From assembly GCA_022826125.1 (NCBI GenBank), contig JAJDVM010000264.1, forward strand, positions 1,553 through 65,552: 64,000 nt of DNA, written 5' to 3'. This document shows, one piece after another, positions 57,973 through 64,000 of this stretch. Made by a program: the position numbers and the translations under genes. A model generated the notes under the pieces. That model did not search any database. It was not told the DNA's origin and worked only from the letters and a program-made list of their open reading frames with translations. This stretch comes from Defluviicoccus sp. (lineage in GTDB: Bacteria; Pseudomonadota; Alphaproteobacteria; MPNO01). Within the stretch, counting starts at the first letter, position 1, and each line of letters starts with the position of its first letter.

Positions 57973-59562
57973 TCACCAGGCGGCGACCGCCCCGTTGCCG
58001 CGCGGATCGCTGGCGCCGGACAGGCGGCCGTCCGGATGGCGGATCGCGACGCCCGCATGGCCCATCGCGTCGCTGTGGGCGGGGACCGTCTCGACCTCGT
58101 GCCCGGCCGCCGCGAGCGCGACCACCGCGTCCCGGGCGAAACCCTCCTCGATCCTCAGCGACGTCGTCTCCTCGCCCCAGGCGCGCCCGAGCAGCCAGCG
58201 CGGCGCGCTGACCGCCTTCTGCGGGTCCATGCCGAAGGCGACGATGCGGCTGTAGAGCGCCGCCTGGGTCTGCGGCTGCCCTTCCCCGCCCATCGTGCCG
58301 AACGCCATCGTCCGCCCGTCGGCGAGCCGCGCCAGCGGCGGGTTGAGGGTGTGGAACGGCTTGCGTCCGGGGGCCAGCCGGTTCGGCCCGCTGTCTCCGA
58401 GGCTCATGCCCGAACCCCGGTTCTGCCAGACCAGGCCGGTGTCCGGCAGCACGAGGCCGGAGCCGAACTCCCAGTAAAGGCTCTGGATGAAGCTGACCGT
58501 CCGCCCGGCGCCGTCGATCGCGCCCATCCAGACGGTGTCGCCGTCGGGTCCGGCCTGGGGCCAGGGAGCGGCCGTTTCGCGGTCGATGCCGCGCGCCGCC
58601 TCGTCGAGCGTTTCCGGCGTCAGCCAATCGGCCGCATCGACCTTCATCGTCGCCGGATCGCCCAGATGCGCGTTGCGCAACAGGAAGGCGCGCTTGGTGG
58701 CCTCGACGATGAGGTGGACATGGGCGAACCCGTCCGGGTCCTCGTCTTCGATGCCCAGCCGGTCGATCAGCCCGAGGATCATCAGCGCGGTCGCGCCCTG
58801 GGTCGGCGGCGGCATGTTGTAGACGGTGCCGGAGGAGAGACCGACCGAGAGCGGAGCGCATCGCACCGCCCGGTGCCGAGCGAAATCGTCGACGTCCACC
58901 GGCGCGCCGAGGCGGCCGAGGTCGGCGGCGATCCGCCGCGCGAGCCCGCCCCGGTAGAAATCGTCCAGCCCGTCGCGCGCCAGGCAGCGAAGCGTCTCCG
59001 CGAGCGCCCCGTTGCGGAACGTGGCGCCGGGCGCCGGCGCGGCGCCGTCGGCCAGAAACGTCTCCGCGAAACCCGGGACCGGGGCCAGCTCGTCCGTCTT
59101 GAGGGAGGTTGTCGCGGCCTGGTTGTCGCTTGTCGGAAAGCCGGCCTCGGCGAGCCAGACGGCATCCTCCAGGAGCCGTTCCAGCGGCATCGTCCCGCCC
59201 CATTCGGCGGCCACGGCAAGCGCTTCCCGCCATCCCGACACGGTGCCAGCGACCGTGTTGGCGGCGAGCGGGCCGCGCGCCGGGATTTCGGCCAGGCCTC
59301 GGTAAAGCCCGGACGTCGCGGCCGCGCCCGTCGCGCCGCAGGCGTCTATGCCGATCGGCTCGGCGCCCGGCGCGGCGATCAGCCAGAAGCCGTCGCCGCC
59401 GAGCCCGTTCATGTGGGGGTAGACGACCGCGACGGTTGCCGCCGCCGCGATCATCGCTTCGATCGCGTTGCCGCCGTCCCGCAGCACCGCGAGCCCGGAA
59501 GACGCCGCGAGCCCGTGCGGCGCGACGACCATCCCGCGGATGCCGTCCGTCGCTCTCAGCAC
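57973..59562 (-). CDS. gamma-glutamyltransferase family protein (no signal peptide seen)
   Basis: ...GMVVAPHGLAASSGLAVLRDGGNAIEA...DGDTVWMGAIDGAGRTVSFIQSL (autoprocessing Thr motif)...TMGGEGQPQ. The start is GTG 59562 or ATG 59532. This is the lower part of track ORF 57973..60480. Confidence 0.85.
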   Translation of the reverse strand: MLRATDGIRGMVVAPHGLAASSGLAVLRDGGNAIEAMIAAAATVAVVYPHMNGLGGDGFWLIAAPGAEPIGIDACGATGAAATSGLYRGLAEIPARGPLAANTVAGTVSGWREALAVAAEWGGTMPLERLLEDAVWLAEAGFPTSDNQAATTSLKTDELAPVPGFAETFLADGAAPAPGATFRNGALAETLRCLARDGLDDFYRGGLARRIAADLGRLGAPVDVDDFARHRAVRCAPLSVGLSSGTVYNMPPPTQGATALMILGLIDRLGIEDEDPDGFAHVHLIVEATKRAFLLRNAHLGDPATMKVDAADWLTPETLDEAARGIDRETAAPWPQAGPDGDTVWMGAIDGAGRTVSFIQSLYWEFGSGLVLPDTGLVWQNRGSGMSLGDSGPNRLAPGRKPFHTLNPPLARLADGRTMAFGTMGGEGQPQTQAALYSRIVAFGMDPQKAVSAPRWLLGRAWGEETTSLRIEEGFARDAVVALAAAGHEVETVPAHSDAMGHAGVAIRHPDGRLSGASDPRGNGAVAAW

Positions 59563-60428
59563 CGCCCGTCGCTCGCGCGGGAATAATCGCCTTCCGCGAC
59601 ATGGATCTCGGCGGTGGGGTTGATCCCGTCGGTCCAGCTCCGGTGGCGTTCGAACAGCAGCGGGTCGTGGCCCGGGACGATGCGCTCGAACGCGTCGTCC
59701 ACCACTCCCCTGATCCGGCGATAGCAGTCGATCAGGTTCCACGCGTCGCCCTGGATATAGGCGGGCGGCCACATGCGCTCGATGTTGGAATACCAGTAGA
59801 CGCAATCGCCGGCGACGACGTAGGGGCCCGAGCGTGTCGAGACTTCCAGCCATTGCGAGCCGAAGGTGTGGGAGTCGCGGGCGAGGTGGGCGGTCACGCC
59901 GGGAAGAACCTCGCTGTCGCCGTCGAGGAACTCCACCCTTCCGTCCGCGATCAGCCCTTCGAGCGCCTCGAAATCGGTCGGGTTGATCGACGAGAGGGGC
60001 CACTTCCGGGTGTCCGATCCCAACCCATCGGGGAGGGCGAATACGCCCTGCCAGCCCTCGTACTCCGCGCGCTGGACGTGGAACCGGGCGTTCGGGAACC
60101 GGTCCAGATTGCCGGCGTGATCGAAATGGAGGTGGGTCAGGATGACGTCTTCCACGTCTCCCGGCGCGAAGCCGATCTTGGCGAGCGTGGTCTCGGGGTG
60201 CTCGACCCCCTCGTATTTCTTGCCGCTCGGCGACCAGCCGCCCTTCATCCCGGTATCGACCAGCGCCAGCCGCTTTCTCCCGCCCGCCGGCCCGCCGTGG
60301 AGGGCGGTGTAGATCATCGGATTGCGGACCGTGCCCTGATTGCTTTCGAGCAGCGTGCCGCCGAAGAAATCCCGCGGCATGTTCGAGCGCGTATAGGCGA
60401 AGGCCCAGATCGAGTAGTCGGTCGGCAT
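59556..60428 (-). CDS. MBL-fold metallo-hydrolase (lactonase-like)
   Basis: 290 aa from ATG 60428 with metal motif ILTHLHFDHAGN and later DSHTFG. This is the tail of track ORF 59556..62105. Confidence 0.8.
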   Translation of the reverse strand: MPTDYSIWAFAYTRSNMPRDFFGGTLLESNQGTVRNPMIYTALHGGPAGGRKRLALVDTGMKGGWSPSGKKYEGVEHPETTLAKIGFAPGDVEDVILTHLHFDHAGNLDRFPNARFHVQRAEYEGWQGVFALPDGLGSDTRKWPLSSINPTDFEALEGLIADGRVEFLDGDSEVLPGVTAHLARDSHTFGSQWLEVSTRSGPYVVAGDCVYWYSNIERMWPPAYIQGDAWNLIDCYRRIRGVVDDAFERIVPGHDPLLFERHRSWTDGINPTAEIHVAEGDYSRASDGRC

Positions 60429-60442
60429 CGGCGTCGGCTGGG

Positions 60443-60751
60443 TCAGGCCTCTTCCGTGCCCGGCACCATGTTGCGGGCATAGGTCCGGGCGGCTTCGCTG
60501 TCGTTGTGATTGTAGGCGCCGCCGTGGAAGAACCGGCTCACCTGGGGCAGGAAATAGGGGTGGACGCCGAGCTCGGCGAGCTTGCGGATATCCACGTTCC
60601 GGAACGCGTCCTTCTCGGTCTCGCTCAATCCGTACTCGTCGAACACGGTTTCCATGTCCTGGCGGAAGCGCTGGAACAGCCGCATGTCGCGGCGAACCTC
60701 GAAGATCAGGCGGTTCGACGGCAGGGTTCGGTCGACATCGGCGATCGGCAT
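60443..60751 (-). CDS. LigA-like small protein (extradiol dioxygenase alpha-subunit-like fold, tentative)
   Basis: 102 aa. The pattern ...RLFQRFRQDMETVFDEYGLSETEKDAFRNVDIRKLAELGVHPYFLPQV resembles my recollection of protocatechuate 4,5-dioxygenase LigA (F..D...Y.DE..LT..E..AV..RD......G.N.YFL.K). Confidence 0.5.
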   Translation of the reverse strand: MPIADVDRTLPSNRLIFEVRRDMRLFQRFRQDMETVFDEYGLSETEKDAFRNVDIRKLAELGVHPYFLPQVSRFFHGGAYNHNDSEAARTYARNMVPGTEEA

Positions 60752-60814
60752 GTCTGCCTCGCTTCAGGGGGCGAAGGCCCAAGCAAACCACGCCCCGGAC
60801 GGGACCGCAACGCC

Positions 60815-61774
60815 TCAGCCCCGGCTGCAGGCCCCTCCGCCGAGGACGCAGAACCGGGCGCAGTGGGGATGGTTGAGCTTCACCTCGCCGGACGCTTCGG
60901 CGAGGCTGCGGCCGAGGTCGAACTCTTTCTCGTAGGGCAGGAGCGTGCAGGAGACCACGCTCGCCGGCTCGCCCTTGCGCTTGACCACCATGCGCTGGCT
61001 CGCGCACATCATGGCACCCGGCGAGACGCCGAGTATGTCCCAGCACCGTTCGCTGATCTCCGGCACGTCGGCGGCCTCGTCCATCTCGGGCAGCAGGGTG
61101 AGCTTGACCGGATCGTAGGCGTCGAACTCGATTCCGCGGTCGGCGAACAGCCGCGCGAATCCGGCGCGGAGCGATTCCTCCGGTTCGTTCCAGCAGGTGC
61201 GGCCGCAGACATGGACGTTGAAACCGTTCTCCGCCAGCCAGGCGAAGCCTTCGATGGATGGCTTCCAGGACCTCTCGCCCCGCTCCATCTCGTGGAGCGC
61301 CTGCCCGTAATGGTCGAGCGAGACGCGGATGGCCAGCCGGTCGCCGTGGGCCTCCTTGAGCCGGATCAGATCCCCGGCGCGCTTCATCATCGGGCGCATC
61401 GCGTTGGTCAACACCAGGACGGAGAACCCGCGTTCGAGGCAGGTCTCGACGATCGGCGCGATATCCGGGTTCATGAAGGGCTCGCCGCCGGTCAACCCGA
61501 TTTCCCGCGTCGGCAGTCCGGTCTCGGCGATCTCGTCGAGGAAGCGCGCCACGTCGGCAAGCGGCAGGTATGCGAGGCGGTCGTTGGTCGGGCTCGACTC
61601 GATATAGCAGTTGCGGCAAGTCAGATTGCACAGCGTGCCGGTGTTGAACCACAGGGTCCGGAGCGCGTCGAGCGCGACCGAGGCGCGCCTGTCGCCGTCC
61701 GCCGTAACGTCCGGGTGGCGAAACTTGGTGCCGCGCGGCGCGGCGGCCTCGACCGAGGCGGGTTCTACCCTCAT
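60815..61774 (-). CDS. radical SAM protein with a Cys-rich C-terminus
   Basis: CNLTCRNC (CxxxCxxC) followed by GLTGGEPF. The C-terminus is HPHCARFCVLGGGACS. I preferred ATG 61774 to the track's TTG at 61912, because the upstream 46 codons have lower GC and look non-coding. Confidence 0.85.
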   Translation of the reverse strand: MRVEPASVEAAAPRGTKFRHPDVTADGDRRASVALDALRTLWFNTGTLCNLTCRNCYIESSPTNDRLAYLPLADVARFLDEIAETGLPTREIGLTGGEPFMNPDIAPIVETCLERGFSVLVLTNAMRPMMKRAGDLIRLKEAHGDRLAIRVSLDHYGQALHEMERGERSWKPSIEGFAWLAENGFNVHVCGRTCWNEPEESLRAGFARLFADRGIEFDAYDPVKLTLLPEMDEAADVPEISERCWDILGVSPGAMMCASQRMVVKRKGEPASVVSCTLLPYEKEFDLGRSLAEASGEVKLNHPHCARFCVLGGGACSRG

Positions 61775-61968
61775 GTGGCTTGGGCTCTTCCCGAAAGGAA
61801 CAGGATCGTATAACGGACGCTGCCCGGCCGCGATAGCCAATATTTCGTGATCGCATGTGAGGATATGGCCCCCGGCGTCCCGGCGTACTAAGTAGTGCAC
61901 GAGCGTTTGCAATGCGGGACGGGCGGCAAGGAAGCCGCGCCGCGCCGGCCGGATCGAAGGAGGAACAG

Positions 61969-62628
61969 ATGACGCTGCGAATCAACGCCGAAGCCCCCAA
62001 TTTCACCGCCGAGACCACCGAAGGGACGATCGATTTCCACGACTGGATCGGCGACGGCTGGGCGATCCTGTTCTCGCACCCCAAGGATTTCACCCCTGTT
62101 TGCACGACGGAGCTCGGCTACATGGCCGGTCTGGCGTCCGAGTTCGCGAAGCGCAACACCAAGATCCTCGGCGTGAGCGTCGATCCGGTCGGCAGCCACA
62201 AGGAATGGTTCAAGGACATCGAGGAGACCCAGGGCCACGCCGTAACCTACCCGCTGGTCGGCGATCCCGAGCTCAACGTCGCCAAGCTCTACGACATGCT
62301 CCCCGAGGGCGCGGGCGATACGTCGGAAGGCCGCACCGCCGCCGACAACGCGACCGTCCGCTCGGTCTTCGTGATCGGGCCGGACAAGAAGATCAAGGCC
62401 ATGCTTACCTATCCGATGAGCACCGGCCGCAATTTCGACGAGGTGATGCGCCTGCTCGACTCGATCCAGCTGACCGCGCAGCACTCGGTCGCCACCCCGG
62501 TCAACTGGAAGGACGGAGACGACTGCATCATCCTGCCGGCGGTATCCGACGCCGCCGCGAAGGAGATGTTCCCCGACGGCTGGGACGCGCCGAGGCCCTA
62601 TCTCCGGATCGTGCCGCAGCCGCGCTAG
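61969..62628 (+). CDS. 1-Cys/Prx6-type peroxiredoxin
   Basis: 219 aa: MTLRINAEAPNFTAETTEGTIDFHDWIGDGWAILFSHPKDFTPVCTTELG. GAAGGAGGA RBS before ATG 61969. Confidence 0.93.
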   Translation: MTLRINAEAPNFTAETTEGTIDFHDWIGDGWAILFSHPKDFTPVCTTELGYMAGLASEFAKRNTKILGVSVDPVGSHKEWFKDIEETQGHAVTYPLVGDPELNVAKLYDMLPEGAGDTSEGRTAADNATVRSVFVIGPDKKIKAMLTYPMSTGRNFDEVMRLLDSIQLTAQHSVATPVNWKDGDDCIILPAVSDAAAKEMFPDGWDAPRPYLRIVPQPR

Positions 62629-62659
62629 GGCGCGCCCGGCGCCGGTGCCGGGCGGGGCG

Positions 62660-63130
62660 ATGGCCGAGGAACGGCATATGCGGCGGGCGATCGGGCTCTC
62701 CGTCGACACGATGCGCGCCGATCGCGGCGGCCCGTTCGGCGCCGTGATCGTTCGCGACGGAGCGGTGATCGCCGAGGGCTTCAACAGGGTCACGTCGGAC
62801 AACGATCCGACCGCCCATGCGGAGGTCGTCGCGATCCGCGCCGCCTGCGCCGCGCTGGGCACGTTCTCGCTCGAAGGCTGCGATATCTACACCTCCTGCG
62901 AGCCCTGCCCGATGTGCTTGGCGGCGATCTACTGGGCCCGGCTCGACCGGATCTTCTATGCCAACACCCGCGAGGACGCGGCGCGTATCGGGTTCGACGA
63001 CGACCACATCTATCGCGAGATCCCGCTCCCTCCCGAACGCCGGGCGGTTCCGATGAGCCGGGTGCTGGCGGACGAGGCCGCCGACGCGTTTCGCGAATGG
63101 GAAGAAAAGCCGGACAAGGTGCCGTATTGA
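62660..63130 (+). CDS. guaD: guanine deaminase, CDA-fold (GuaD-like nucleoside/nucleotide deaminase)
   Basis: [38 protein letters not shown]...[18 protein letters not shown]...GFDDDHIY closely parallels my memory of Bacillus GuaD. I chose ATG 62660. Confidence 0.8.
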   Translation: MAEERHMRRAIGLSVDTMRADRGGPFGAVIVRDGAVIAEGFNRVTSDNDPTAHAEVVAIRAACAALGTFSLEGCDIYTSCEPCPMCLAAIYWARLDRIFYANTREDAARIGFDDDHIYREIPLPPERRAVPMSRVLADEAADAFREWEEKPDKVPY

Positions 63131-63143
63131 CCGCGGTCCGCAC

Positions 63144-64000
63144 ATGGCGCTGACGAGGGAATCGCTCGCGGCGCGCATCGACAAGGCGCTCGGCCGCCGG
63201 CCGGCCGACCTCGTCATCAAGCATGCCCGTATCCTCAACCTTGCCACCGGCGCGCTGGAGGAGGGCGATGTCGCGGTCGCGGGCGAGATCGTCGTCGGCA
63301 CGCACGAGAGCTACGACGGGAGGGTGACCGTCGATGGGCGCGGCGTGGTGGTCGTGCCAGGCTTCATCGACACCCACGTCCACGTCGAGAGCAGCGTCGT
63401 GACCCCGGCGGAATTCGACCGCTGCGTCCTCCCCAGGGGAACGACCACCGCGGTCTGCGACCCGCACGAGATCGTCAACGTGCTGGGCGCCGAGGGGCTG
63501 GAGTATTTCCTCGATTCCGCGGGCGATCTGGCAATGGACCTCAGGGTCCAGCTTTCGAGCTGCGTGCCCTCGACCTCGCTGGAGACCGCCGGCGCCCGGC
63601 TGGAGGCGGAGGATCTCCTGCGCTATCGCGACCGCGAACCGGTGATCGGCCTCGCCGAGTTCATGAGCTTCGGCGACGTCTTCGCCCATGACGGCCCCAC
63701 CCTCGACAAGCTCATCGCTTTCGAAGGCGCGCATATCGACGGCCACGCGCCGCTGCTCTCGGGCTATCAGCTGAACGCCTACGCCGCGTGCGGCATTCAC
63801 AACTGCCACGAAAGCACCAACGTCGCCGAGGCGGCGGAAAAACTGAAGAAGGGCTTCCAGGTGCTGATCCGCGACGGCAGCGCGTGCAAGGACGTGGCGA
63901 CCCTGGCGCCGTTGCTCACCGACGCGAGCGCGCCCTTCATCGCGTTCTGCACCGACGACCGCAACCCTCTCGACATCGCCGAGGAAGGCCATCTCGACCA
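63144..64000 (+). CDS. ade: adenine deaminase (N-terminal part; runs off the window end)
   Basis: [32 protein letters not shown]...[15 protein letters not shown] (amidohydrolase metal motif). The frame is open to position 64000. Confidence 0.85.
   Translation, partial: MALTRESLAARIDKALGRRPADLVIKHARILNLATGALEEGDVAVAGEIVVGTHESYDGRVTVDGRGVVVVPGFIDTHVHVESSVVTPAEFDRCVLPRGTTTAVCDPHEIVNVLGAEGLEYFLDSAGDLAMDLRVQLSSCVPSTSLETAGARLEAEDLLRYRDREPVIGLAEFMSFGDVFAHDGPTLDKLIAFEGAHIDGHAPLLSGYQLNAYAACGIHNCHESTNVAEAAEKLKKGFQVLIRDGSACKDVATLAPLLTDASAPFIAFCTDDRNPLDIAEEGHLD

Noticed and set aside
57973-60480. An 835-aa fused ORF suggesting one large protein
   Set aside because: The upper ~300 codons are a low-complexity alternative frame of the MBL hydrolase gene. 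The GGT-family sequence only begins around 59562 or 59532.
61775-61912. A 46-codon N-terminal extension of the radical SAM gene (TTG 61912), also considered as a possible leader or precursor peptide
   Set aside because: It has a TTG start, lower-GC composition that looks non-coding, and no RBS. The sequence (MQTLVHYLVRRDAGGHILTCDHE...) has no precursor-like features. ATG 61774 gives a normal radical SAM N-terminus.

Overview
This 64-kb segment is roughly 70% G+C and has the gene content of an alphaproteobacterial chromosome (COQ9, DUF1013, DUF1192, DUF1194 and DUF465 families; rpsT upstream of dnaA). Most of it is housekeeping: dnaA-dnaN-recF-gyrB, rpsT, def, purEK, polA, trpFBA-accD-folC, ihfB, sppA, rpsA-cmk-aroA and one tRNA-Ala(GGC). 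Three perfect 16-bp parS sites (one at 32.4 kb, a pair at 39.06-39.11 kb) place the window near the centromere and origin. The flanks carry accessory metabolism: soxBDA sarcosine oxidase with a GlxA/AraC regulator; an orphan XDH/CoxL-like molybdopterin subunit followed by two tandem paralogous alpha/beta hydrolases; a cupin plus hydrolase-LLM oxidoreductase-hydrolase cluster; a radical SAM / LigA-like / MBL / GGT operon; a peroxiredoxin; and guanine and adenine deaminases. The most unusual object is a ~1.4-kb low-GC insertion (9686-11119) bounded by an 8-bp direct repeat. It carries a single 398-aa AIPR-like gene behind a near-consensus sigma70 promoter whose -10 element sits at the centre of a perfect 18-bp palindrome. 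It lies next to VapBC and Phd/PemK-like toxin-antitoxin pairs and is my best candidate for an uncharacterised single-gene defence module. A third TA pair (HigBA) follows the tRNA. I saw no rRNA, CRISPR array, transposase or integrase. Most long track ORFs that overlap the called genes in other frames are GC-rich shadow ORFs. All family assignments rest on reading the translations and on remembered family motifs; no database search was run.
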